Below, in pieces: positions 38,881-50,726 of a stretch of 64,000 bases of DNA. The notes beneath the pieces were generated by a model that was not told the DNA's origin, ran no database searches, and was given only the letters and a program-made list of their open reading frames with translations. The position numbers and the translations under genes are program-made. The stretch is from NCBI RefSeq assembly GCF_006345805.1, contig NC_043009.1:17918001-17982000 (forward strand), given 5' to 3'. The DNA comes from Octopus sinensis (lineage: Eukaryota). Numbering within the stretch: position 1 is the first letter of the stretch; every line of letters starts with the position of its first letter.

Positions 38881-39488
38881 CAAACGTTGCCTATGAAATA
38901 AGTGTAGGTTTCCGAAAACCGGAAACCTTTTTTAAAAAATCGGCCATCTCTGGGTCAGTGCGGCCACGTAACAAGAGATTTACTATATAATGTTAGACAA
39001 TGCAGCGGTTTGTGACTTGGCTAATACTTGTTATTGTTGTTGGCTAATAGTTGTTGTTGTTTATGATGATGATGTTGCCGCTAGTGGTGTGTTGGTGATG
39101 GTGATGATGGTGGTGGTGGTGGTGGTGGTGTTTGTGTTGACGATGTGATTGTTTTGTTTGTTGGAGTATTTTGAACAGTAGTTGCATAAAGATAGATGAT
39201 ATTCGTGATAAACAATGGAAATACTATCTCTCTACAATATGACACAAACAGACAGAGAGAAAAGTAAACTAAACAACGCCGATAACACGCGTGTGTGGAG
39301 TGGGGGTGGGTGGGAGTGTATGTGTGTGTGTATAAGGGAGGGGACAGAGATGGGCGGGGAGGTGTAACATTAATCCATAATTTTGCCAAAGAGCGAAGAC
39401 ATCCGTCTGTCTTGGAAGAAGATAATGATACGGTTACCACCTTGGTTGACATCTTCCTCTAATAATATATGTATCTTTTTTTTTATCT

Positions 39489-39688
39489 ATCTTTTGTTTT
39501 ACTTGTTTCAGTCATTAGACTGCGGCCATGCTGGGGCGCCGCATTCAAGAATTTTTGTCAGCTGAATCGACCCCAGTACGTTTTCTCTTTGAGCCTGGTA
39601 CTTATTCTCTTTTGTTGAACCGCTAAATTACGGAGACGTAAACACACCAACAGCGGTTGCCAAGCGGTAGTAGGTGACAAACACACAC

Positions 39689-39725
<37 letters not shown>

Positions 39726-39864
39726 GGGCTTCATTCAGTTTCCGCCTACCAAATATACCCACGATGGTGTGGTCGGCCCAAAGCTGTTGTAGAAGTCACT
39801 TGCTCAAGTTGCCCCGCTGTGGGGAGAAACTTGTGGTTGGGAAGCAAGTTTCTTCCCCACACAC
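39489..39864 (-). mobile_element. tRNA-derived SINE, family A
   Basis: Family motifs as above. Confidence 0.82.
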
Positions 39865-40018
39865 ATAAATACACAAATGTACATATGCATACATGTGTGT
39901 GTGCGTGAGTGTATATGTCTGTATGTATCAAAGTGTTTACAATTATATTGAGTTAAGTCTTTCTTAGAGGTGTGTGTGTGTGTTGATATCTGATATAATA
40001 TCGCCAACTAAAACAAAC

Positions 40019-40362
40019 TTGGTGCTATGTCCAAATGATGACTAAGCCAATTGACACACAACTGGCTCTCCGTCGGTTACGACGACAAGGGTTCCAGTTG
40101 ATCCGATCAACGGAACTGCCTGCTTGTGAAATTAGCATGCAAGTGGCTGAGCACTCCATAGACACGCGTACTTTTAACGCAGTTCCCAGGGAGATTCAGC
40201 GTGTCACAGAATGCGACAAAGCTGGCTCTTTGAATTACAGGTAGAACCTCTTTTTGCCAGCTGAGTGGACTAGAACAACGTGAAATAAAAAATCTTGCTC
40301 AAGGACAGAACGCGCCGCCAGGTATCGAACTGACGACCTTATGATCGTGAACCGAATACTAA
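40019..40362 (-). mobile_element. tRNA-derived SINE, family C
   Basis: Minus strand B-box AGTTCGATACC followed by GTCCTTGAGCAAG...CCACTCAGCTG central domain. Confidence 0.75.
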
Positions 40363-40669
40363 GCCGCATTTAGCTGAATAATATAGCTACAAGACTTCAA
40401 TAAATATTACAGTTGATTTGATTGACCAAAAACCCCAAGGTGGTACTCCAGCCTGGCTGCAGTCAAACTTACGGGCCTATATATTTGTGTGGGGCGTGTA
40501 TAATGATATATAGTGCACTATTAACGAATGAATTTACTATTTCACTTTCCCAGCGCCTGTAATGTTATGCAAATAAGAGATATTTGTTTAGTTGACCCAG
40601 GTTCCAGACACTATAAATAGCTTTAAGTTGTGTCTGATTCCCCTATAAATTCCTACACAATGCGTCTAT

Positions 40670-40965
40670 TCAGCCATTCAACATGTACTCACAATGTCAG
40701 TGGTTTCATTCAAAATCTACACTGTCTAGCAACCCAGTCAATGTCTACACTACGTCTATATATCCAGTCAATATTTCCACACTGTGTCTATGGATCCAGT
40801 CATCTACACGGTTTCGAGCTATCCATTGAGCATCTGCATACCGTGCTATGCTATCCATTTAACATCTACACACTGTGTCAAGCAAGCCATTCAATATCTA
40901 TGCACTGCGTTTAGCTATCCATTAAGCATCTACATAACGTGACTATCTATCCAGCCAACATCTAT
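40670..40965. repeat. Degenerate about 32-bp minisatellite (about 10 units)
   Basis: Consensus close to CCAKTCAACATCTACACACTGTGTCTAGCTAT; further decayed units at about 41495-41700 and 42380-42620. Confidence 0.75.
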
Positions 40966-41717
40966 AATATCCCAGTGGACAGAAAATGTATCGTTTTTCT
41001 TTGATGGAAGATTAACAAAAAATCAGAGACTGGTCTGATCAATTCCGTATTCTGTCCAAAGAGAGATAGACCTGTGACATTACCGCTTTGTTTACCAACA
41101 CAGCGGTGCTGAAGTGTATGGTTGTTAAGAAGGAATATCTTGTTTTACAAAGTATTCTAAAAAAATCTGTGCAGTACAATATCCATCTATCTATTTGTGT
41201 GTGTTGTGTGTGTGTGTGTGTGTTGTGTGTGGTGTGTGTGTGGGTGTGTATGTGTGTGTGCGTGTGTACATGTAAAGCAAGTGTAGTAATAAAGTTTTAT
41301 GTTATTCATTATATCGTAAAGGTATTTCATTAACAATACCTGTAATATTAGGTAATAACTTAGAAACAGATTGTATCATCAAATCACCAGAAATTGCAGG
41401 ATAAACATAAATAACTTTTAATTTATATAATAGACTCAGTATTATGGTATCAACAAACTTACCATGTTGTAACACTACAACACCTAGACATCGTTTCAAA
41501 CTATGAACTCAACATCTACGCACGGTATCTACCTAATCAACTCCTGAGCAATATTGCCTGTCTAGCCAACAACTACACTATGTTCTCTTTATCTAGCTAG
41601 CTAACCAATTATCAGTCACTCAGTTTGACTGCTTAATCAACATCAGTCCAGTCAACATTTACGCACTATCTGTCTATCCATTTAACAACCACACGTTAAA
41701 TAGATAGACTGTGTGCA

Positions 41718-41873
41718 CAGTCGTGGCCAAAAGTTTGTGACATTTTTTTTTACAAATTAGAATTGTTACGCCCAAGTACAATTAGATTTAAATATATTCA
41801 TCGTATATATTTGGGCATTTAATATAAAGGTTCTAATTTTCAGACCTATGTTCCAAACTTTTAGCCACGACTG
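41718..41873. mobile_element. Tc1-type MITE (156 bp)
   Basis: TIRs CAGTCGTGGCCAAAAGTTTG / CAAACTTTTAGCCACGACTG; TA on the right, CA on the left. Confidence 0.88.
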
Positions 41874-41888
41874 TACACACAACCTATT

Positions 41889-41978
<90 letters not shown>

Positions 41979-42740
41979 CAGCGAATTTGAGAAGTTCTGA
42001 TTAATCCTGTCAAAATACAAACTTGTCTCTATCTCCTGTCAGCATCTAAACACTAAAGTGCACGCATGCGCACGCACACGCACACGCGCGCGCACGCACA
42101 CACACACACACACACATACACACACACACAAATCTATCTATTTAGCGTGTGGTTGTTAAATAGCTTCAATAACTGCATTCGTTCCAAATACTGTGCGAGA
42201 TGCATTATACAACGAGAGGTCTGTGCAGACAATCATATAATTTACTTAAACTATGTAAAGCTAGATATTCCTGAAAAAAACGAGATAGCCAAGGCAGTGA
42301 TGCCTTCGATCAGCCTGGGATTAAACAACGATTAGAGTTTCTTGTCTATGGTTAACCGAACGTGACATCTTCACACTGTCTGGATCAGTCGAAACTTTTG
42401 CCCACAATCTACATTGATCCAGACAATGTCAACATTTGACAAATTAACATCTACCCACGGAGTCTGTCCACCTAGCTGTCTGTCTACCTACCTACCTACC
42501 TACATGTTTATCCATTCATGATCCAACCAGTCAGTTAACAACTACATAGTGTGTCAATCTATTCTGAACCTATTCAACATCTATACACTATGTAAAGTTT
42601 CCATTTATCCATTCGTTATCTACACAACTTATTCATCCTCTCAGCCCTATAAAAGGCACTTTACCTAATATTTCCTAACCAAAAGTGACTCTCAGTATAA
42701 AAGCTACGTGCAACTATCTTTTTAAAATTATTTTCAACTA

Positions 42741-43635
42741 AAATTTCGGATCTGTTCAGTTTCACTCACAGACTTTTTAATTTTGTTTAAACTGAACTGT
42801 TTGAAACGTCATGTACTGGTGTAATTTCCCACGATCAACACGGTTTACTTTCAACATCTTTGACAAGAATTCGTATTTTAGAAGTTATTTCATGTTAAAG
42901 TTGAAGAAAGCTACTGCTGTTTGCGAAAGTAATCGAAGAGAAACAACTTCCGGGTCATTTCTACTAAATGTCATCAGTCTGTTCTATTTTATTTTTGTTG
43001 CATATTACACGCTTTTTTTTTTGGGGGGGGGGTCTTGCGTCGGAGTGAACATCGAATAATCAATACCAAGAAGGAAGAAATATTATTTACATATATTTAT
43101 TCGTTTGCCCGACATGTAGTTAGAGATACAGCAGTAATTGTCGTGGCAGTGACAAGTTCGCTCGCTGGTTGGTAGCCGATAGTGTAGAAGTGGTTGTCTG
43201 CCAGTAGAGAGGGGAAAGAGTAAGGAATACGCGGTGCTGACTAGAAAGAAAGAAAGAAAGGGTAAAGGTGGCATCGTCTTTCTTGTGGTCGAAAGTTTCT
43301 CTTTTTGTGTCAGCTATGACAAAGGAGCAACATTTTCCCTTCGCTCGACATACGAATAGAACAGAGTGTAACATTTGGTAGAGATGACCCGGAAGTTGTT
43401 CCTCTTCGATTACTATCACAAACAGCAGTAGCTTTCTTCAACTGAATACACGTCGTTGATTGGTTAAAATTACCTAAATACGACAACTTTAACACGAAAT
43501 AATTTTGTTAAAAATGTAAAAGTAAACCGTGCTGAGCGTGAGAAATTACACGAGTATATGAAGTTTCAAACTGTTTAGTTAAAAATCAAATAATTAAAAT
43601 AAATCTGTGAGCGAAACTGAACAGATCCAAAATTT
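42741..43635. mobile_element. Long-TIR foldback element (about 250-280-bp arms)
   Basis: GGATCTGTTCAG/CTGAACAGATCC outer ends; AACAACTTCCGGGTCAT inner block in both orientations; the right arm shares CTGAATACACGTC.TTGATTGGTT with 28560-28590. Confidence 0.8.
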
Positions 43636-43934
43636 CAAATAAACCTTTCATTATATCAAACTTATTCAACAGTTCCTTCAATGGACATGCTATGGGCGCT
43701 GTCTTCTTCCCTAGCTATTTATTATCCAATCACCGCAAAACAGATATGCATTCAGAAATATCTCCGTTCTAACGATGTTTCTTTCCAGTTTAGGAAAACC
43801 ACAACAGGTTTGGTGAGGATAGGTATCCGCTTAATAATCACCAGACCAGTTTATCAAGATAAACAAAAATTCAACAAATATAGCAGCAACAATTCGGCGT
43901 GTTAGAAGCTGGGAATAAATACGTGACCTCAGTG

Positions 43935-44249
43935 CTACCCAAGGACAACAAGTTCATTTGCGTTCGTTTGATGACTCGGACTTCCTCTTGTAATCATGAA
44001 GAACTGACAGAGGGCAGCTGGAGATGCTGAGAGGGAAATCAAAGGAGATGTGATGACGATGAAAGTGATAATGCTGGTTGTTGTTGGGGAGGGGTGCTGC
44101 TGCTGCTGATATGGTGAGGGTGAAATAACAGGAGGTGTATTAAGTATAGTCTTCAAGGCGTGGGATGGGGATGGTTGCAGTATATCGGCTAATTGTTCGG
44201 CTTTTCGGTTGGCAAGTGGCTTTCTAAGTAAAAAGCACTGAACACTCAT
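43935..44249 (-). CDS. Unassigned 104-aa ORF, possible first exon (or 5' UTR) of a minus-strand gene
   Basis: Non-repetitive, only open frame, P/S/Q-rich with QQQQ; lies just downstream of a motif-rich CpG-containing segment. No family recognised. Confidence 0.22.
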   Translation of the reverse strand: MSVQCFLLRKPLANRKAEQLADILQPSPSHALKTILNTPPVISPSPYQQQQHPSPTTTSIITFIVITSPLISLSASPAALCQFFMITRGSPSHQTNANELVVLG

Positions 44250-44370
44250 TACTTAAAGTTCGGACTTTAACTGACCCTAGAATTCACCGACTTTCTCACC
44301 CTTCTTTTCTTTTCTTTCTTTTTCTTTTTTCTTTTGCTCGCCTTCCTTTTTACCAAATTCCGACTCCGGT

Positions 44371-44540
44371 TTCCCACATCGTACTGAAAATGGCTTATCA
44401 CACTTCCTCTCCCAACACACCATTCCAGTTGATCCAGACCAAACACCACTGCGTGACGTCAATGGTATTTCCTTCGCTTCTCTCTCCACCGCCAGTCTTT
44501 CATTCTTTCATAGATACACGCAAAAGCGCGCGCACGGCCT
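44371..44540 (-). promoter_or_regulatory. Candidate promoter/regulatory module
   Basis: Perfect CRE TGACGTCA 44454-44461, CSL-type TTCCCACA 44371-44378, GATA CTTATCA 44394-44400, ETS-type CACTTCCTCT 44401-44410, GCGCGCGC 44526-44533. Confidence 0.35.
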
Positions 44541-44562
44541 AACTAATTCTTCCCCTTGTCTG

Positions 44563-44607
<45 letters not shown>

Positions 44608-44627
44608 ATATCTATCTATCTACCTAC

Positions 44628-44666
<39 letters not shown>

Positions 44667-44835
44667 GATCTATCTATCTATCTATATATTATATATAATA
44701 TATATATATATATAATATATATATGTATATCTACCTACCTACCTACCTACCTACCTACCTATCCATCCATCCATCTATCTATCTATCTATCTATCTATTA
44801 TCTATCTATCTATATCTATCTATCTATCTATATTA

Positions 44836-44873
<38 letters not shown>

Positions 44874-45282
44874 TACCGACCTACCTACCTATCTATCTAT
44901 CTATCTATCTATCCGTCTATCTATCTATCTATCTATCTGTCTGTCTGTCTGTCTGCTGTCTGCCTGTCTGTCTGTCTGTCTTATTCTTATATTTGCAACT
45001 CGTTTCTGTTTTCTTTCGTTTCTCATTTCTTCTCCCTTCCTTATTCTTTCATTCTTTCCTTCTTACTTATCCATGTTATCTATTTTATATTTTCTTTCTG
45101 TTTCTCTCATTTTTTCCTCTTTCCTTCATTCATTATTCCTTTCCTTTTTCTTCCTACTCAGATATATTTTCCTCTTCCTCCACCCCCACACATACTCTCC
45201 CTCTTTAACAACGCTTCTCTAGTTTTCTCTAATAGTTTCTCTCTCTTTCTCTTTCTCTTTCTTTCTCTCTCTTTCTCTTTCT

Positions 45283-45326
<44 letters not shown>

Positions 45327-46794
45327 CTCCCTGCTACCACACATCACTTGTTATCTATACTTTCCTCCCTCCCACACTTTCCCACTACAATATAGTGCTG
45401 CTCTCCACCACCCAGTTGTTATTATCTTCAGCTTCTCCGTCTCTTCTACCCTCTGTTATCTGTTGAGAGAGAAAGGAGGGAAACAAAGCAGACGCCCTGT
45501 CCGGATAGGTTTGAACTAAGTCCATAGTCATTTTTACTGTGTTATTAGGACGGGAGAGTGGTGTGTGGTTGTGGTGAGGTGGGTGCCCATTCCGTTTGGC
45601 CACTTCTCTTTTAGCCGAATAAAGTCATGCAGTTGCTTTTGTGTAAGACAGACCAACTGTGATACGCAGGACTGGCAAAGGGTTAGAAATAAGAGCGAGA
45701 GAAACAATCTAAAAAATGGAATGGTCACGGCTGTAGCACCTTTGATACCGGTCTGCACGACCAGAGAAACCATGGGATCAAATGGCAAGTCTACACACAA
45801 ATACAGATAAAACTACACATATATTTATCAAATTAATTAATTATGGTTTGCAATCATAAAGTTAATTAATGAGGTGACTTCTCTTTTGCATTTGTTGACT
45901 GAGAATCATACGGACAACAGCACGCTCAAGCACAAGGACGATCAGGCATTCTTTCGGATTAGCCTTAGGGACTCTTAGTTTGCCAGCTTCGTAAAATAAG
46001 CTTTGCCGAGAGGTTTAATAAGGCCAAAACATGTTCTTAACTCATACAACTTGGCTTAAAGGCCAAATCCACTGCCTTACAGCATTTTCTATAATATACG
46101 AAATTGTAGCTTCTAATTTTACACAGCTCCACCCCCATCCTCGATAGTTTCCTTCACTAGCTGCTTGGCTAATCTGAGGTAATTAACGATTTTATTATAT
46201 CTGCCAGAATCCATTAAGATAAGTGATTTCTTTATAATATTACAGTGTTCAACTGGTACTTACTTTATCGACCTCGAAAGATGAAAGGCAAAGTCAACCT
46301 CAGCGAAATTTGAACGCAGAACGTGAGGACAGACGAAATGCCGTTAAGCATTTTGCCTGGCGTGCTTATTTTATATACGACGGGCTTCTTTTCAGTTTCC
46401 GTCTACCAATTCCACTCACAAAGCTTTGGTCGGTCCTGGACTATAGTTGAAAAGTTCCACGTGTGGGACTGAACTCGGAACCATGTGGTTGGGAAGCAAG
46501 CTTCTCACCACACAGCCACGCCTGCATGCATACATACATACACACATACATACATACATACATACATACATACATACATACACACATACATACACACATA
46601 CATACATACATACATACATACACACATACATACATACATACATACATACATACATACATACACATACATACATACATTTTCTTAAAGCTTGGTACTTATT
46701 CGATCGGTCTCGTTCACCAAGCCGCTACGATACATGGATGTAAACACTCCAACAGCGGTTATCAAGCGGTAGTGGGATACAAACACACACACCT

Positions 46795-47839
46795 AGGTTA
46801 TTCGGGATAAATCTGATATTTTTTTCTTTTGTGTACTTGATGTATTGATGAACAATTAACAGCGTTGGAGAGCATAAAGGTTAAAGTTGTAGTTGAGTTA
46901 AAGTAGCAGTGACGAGAGTCTTGAAGATGATGAGCATAGTGGTCGGTCATCGGATGTTGACAACGATCAACTGAGAGCCTTAGTGGAAGCCAGTTCACGC
47001 AGAGCTTGCTTCTGAATTAGACGTAACGTTTACGACAATTTCCAACCACTTGAAAGAGATTGGGAAAACAAAAATACTTTAGAAATGGGTGCCGCATGAA
47101 TTGAACGACAACCAAAATTATGCCGTTTTGAAATGTCGTCTTCTCTTCTTTTACGCAATAAGAACGACCCGTTTCTCAACTGGATTGTGACTTGCGATGA
47201 AAAGTGGATTCTTTACGACAACCGGCTACGCTTATCTCAGTGGTTGGACGCCGACGAAGCTCCACGGCACTTCCCGAAGCCAATGTTGCACCAAAAGAAG
47301 CTCATGGTGACTGTTTGGTGGTCTGCGGCCGGTCTCATCCGCCACAACTTTTTGGATCCAGGCGAAACCATTACGGCGGAAAAATCCTGTCAGCAAATGG
47401 GTGAAATGCATAAGAAACTCCGACACGACAACAACAGCCAGCATTGGTCAATAGAAAAGGACCAATTCTTCGCCGCGACAACGCTCGGCCGCACAACTGA
47501 CCCTGCGAAACTCTGCCTCATCCGCCATACTCACCAGGCCTCTCACCTACCGACTATCACTTTCTGAAGCATTTCGACAACTTCCTGCGTGAGAAATGCT
47601 TAAAAAACCAAGACGATGCCAAACACGCCTTCAACGACTTCATCGCCACTAGAACGCAGGATTTTTGCGCTACTGGCATAAATAAACTATTAAATAAACA
47701 GTACAGTAACTTGTACTGGCATAAATAAACTTGGCACACGTGTGTTGATTTTGATGGTGTTTATTTCGATTAATAAAGTTTTGTTTGAGCCGAGATGTGT
47801 GCATCTGAATTTAAAGGTTTAAAACCGCAACAACTTTCT
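46795..47839 (+). pseudogene. mariner transposase relic (Hsmar1/SETMAR-like)
   Basis: [54 protein letters not shown]; 3' TIR remnant AAAACCGCAACAACTTT. Confidence 0.93.
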
Positions 47840-48137
47840 TGTGAGTGGATTTGGTAGACGGAAACTGAAAGAAGCCCGTCGCACATGTGTGTGTGTGAGA
47901 GAGAGTGTGTGTGTGTGTGTGTCCTTGTGTCTGTATTTGTACCACCACCACCGCTTGACAACTGGTTTTTGTTTGTTTACATCCCCGTAACTTAGCGGTT
48001 CAGAAAAAAGAGACCGATAGAATAAGTACCAGGCTTAAAATAATGAGTACTGAGTTCAATTCACTCGACTAAAAGTTCTTCAAGTCGGTGCCCCAGCATG
48101 GCCGCAGTCTAATGACTGAAACAAGTAAAAGATAAAA
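47840..48137 (+). mobile_element. SINE family A, head-truncated, abutting the mariner TIR
   Basis: TGTGAGTGGATTTGGTAGACGGAAACTGAAAG to ACAAGTAAAAGATAAAAG. Confidence 0.85.
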
Positions 48138-48433
48138 GTTATAACATGTAAATATTGGCTAACTTTGGAAACCTTTAGCGAACCACTTAGCTTTCGCAGT
48201 CCGCTTACAAAATTCATACGCTTGTTCCTGTCTGTTGTGGACGTGTCTTGAAGAGTCCGCCAGGCACGCTATTGGCTGACTATGTGTACACGTGACAAGG
48301 CGTGCTGAGCAGCATTGTACAATTCTGCAATTTTGAGTTGTGTTCACTTACGATGTTGTCACATTACAGACAGTTTTACAGTGTCAGCGACAGTAGTGTA
48401 CGTTATCGGCTTATCAAGTCATCGCTTAGCGTT

Positions 48434-49066
48434 ATGGAAGGTGAAGACGTTTTTTTTCGGCCTGAGGATCAAGGGCCGATTGAGGAATTTGCAACGGCTG
48501 TGGGCGAAGGAGAGGTCGCTCAGATTGAGAGCCAGAAGTCTCAGAACTCGTGGCCCCACATAGAGGACTACTTTGTCTTTACATCAAGGGATAAGAGGAA
48601 CGCCAAAATCCTGTATTTCCGGTGCGTCGTGTGCTAGCCAAAGGAGACCACCATCAAGGGACATGCGGCGAGCCTCTACAATTTGAAGTCGCATGTCAGA
48701 AGGAAACATCCAGCGCATGCCATCCAGTTTGAGGAGAGGATCAAGGCTGACTCTTCCCGTGGGGAAGACAGACAATCTTCTCGTAGCAGTGCCAGTAGTC
48801 AGTCGTCGCAGCTATGTGCAAAGAAAGCACGCCAGCCTAGCATTGGCGAGGTGTTTACGCAAACTGTTGGCACTGGCATCTGTCAGTCTATGGTGGACAG
48901 AAAGATTGTAGACCTGTTTGCCGACAATATGCTACCGCTGCATGTAGTGGAGTCCCCCATTTTTGTCAGCCCAATCAAGACCCTAAACCCCAGCAAGACA
49001 TCCATGTCCCACTGCACCCGGGGCAGCCATAAACAGCTGGAGGAGTATCTTACAAGGTGTTTATAA
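48434..49066 (+). pseudogene. hAT-like transposase N-terminus with BED zinc finger; one in-frame stop, 3' truncated
   Basis: WPHIEDYF...YFRCVVC*PK...NLKSHVRRKHP (CxxC...HxxxxH), then IVDLFADNMLPLHVVESPIF...LNP; ORFs 48302-48637 and 48683-49066 share a frame. Confidence 0.8.
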
Positions 49067-49779
49067 ATTAAAATTATACGAGATTATTAAATTATTATTA
49101 TGGCGTACTTCATATTTTCTTAATTTAATTTAATTTAATTATTTATTAGATAATTATTTTCTTAGTTCATGTAATAACATTTATAATAACTAATTGAAAT
49201 AAATGTCATAATATATACGTACAGCAAAACAGCAGCTTCTAATGAAATAACGAATAAACGAACCTTAAGTTCTGAACTTATCAAATTTCGACCATCAATC
49301 CATCCCTCAACTAGCATATTCATCACCCCCAACGCGTCACCTATCAAGGTAGACTCGCTATTTTCAAAGGTTTAATAATAAGGCTTTAAATTATTAGCAA
49401 TATTTCCATGAATTTACAACAACCTAGTAACAAGTGTTAAACTGCAATCTGTGTGACTTCTATAAACAAAATATGGTTATAAGATACTGCGATCAAATGT
49501 CCTGCCTCCTTCCTACCCGCGATAAATTGTACAAACTACGTGCTCACAAAAACCATTGCAGCTTGCGGGGAGATGCGGATAGGAGGCCAGATTTTTGTTT
49601 TTTTTTAGTAGGCTTTGATCATATTCTGCTTCAGTTTATATATAATGATGGTGAATTATTTCCTTGCTGGTTTGAAATTGCTGCTAGCCACCTTCAGTAT
49701 TTTATAATTTTCACATTGCCATTTTGTGAAATCAGTCACTGATTCTAATGGCATTCTCCATGAGAGGGTGAGTTTCTCT

Positions 49780-50249
49780 TTAAATAGACAAAATCCTTTC
49801 ACTTTTATAAAAAGAATAAAAAGTATGGAAGACTCTATAACAAAAAACTATGTCCATTTATGTCCATTTACGCGGGAGCTCGGGTCAAAATATTATAGTG
49901 CATGACCATCGTTGGGACATAGTATATGTAGTTTGGTGAAAATCGGTTGGAAATTGTGGAAATGTATGCGATAAGTGTTCCTACTCAATTTAATCACCGT
50001 CGCTGATGGACAGACGAAATGAATAGACAAAATCCTTTCACTTTTATAAAAAGATTAAAAAGTATGTATGACCCTACATACAAAAAACTGTCCATTTACG
50101 CGGGAGCTCTGGGCAAAATGTTACAGTACATGACCATCCTCGGGACATAAGCAATGTGTATGTAAAGTTTGGTGAAAATCAGTTGAGAATTGTGGAAATG
50201 TATGCGTTACCCATTATACATACACGTACTGTGATTTATAAATACAAGA
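49780..50249 (-). mobile_element. Helitron-like 5' region with tandemly duplicated subterminal block
   Basis: A|TC at 50249; an about 200-bp block (ATAGACAAAATCCTTTCAC...GGAAATGTATGCG) occurs twice. Confidence 0.6.
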
Positions 50250-50256
50250 TATGCGT

Positions 50257-50670
50257 GTCAGGGCGCATGACCTAGTGGTTGCACTCGCGATCTCGAGATC
50301 GTGGTTTCAATTTCTGGACCAGGTGGCCCGTTGTGTTTTTGAGCAAAGCACTTCATTTTACGTTGCTCTGCTATCACTTTGATACCGGACGTGTGTAAGA
50401 CAACGTCAATTTGATGGAGAGAGTGAGCTGATGTACAATATATAATCTTGATCATTATAACCGAATCATTTGTGCAGATTGTTTAGTAATAAATTACGGA
50501 ACCATCTTTCTCAGGCTACGAGTAACTACCATCATTTATCATATACGGAGGCATGTCTTTATAGTAATGCCTTTGCTTCCCAACCACAGATTTTCCGGTT
50601 CAGACCAACTGTGTTGCACTTTAGACAAATGTCTTCTAAAGTCTTGTCAGTGAATTTGATAAACGGAGAC
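50257..50670 (+). mobile_element. SINE family C-like, diverged
   Basis: tRNA-like head then TTGAGCAAAGCACTTCATTTTACGTTGCTC. Confidence 0.6.
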
Positions 50671-50686
50671 TGAAAGCAGTCCATTC

Positions 50687-50726
<40 letters not shown>

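Noticed and set aside
40670-40965. CRISPR-like periodicity
   Set aside because: Units are contiguous and degenerate with no unique spacers, no cas genes, and the context is eukaryotic.
47133-47567. Host SETMAR gene
   Set aside because: No SET domain, frameshifts and deletions, and a TIR remnant: a free mariner relic.
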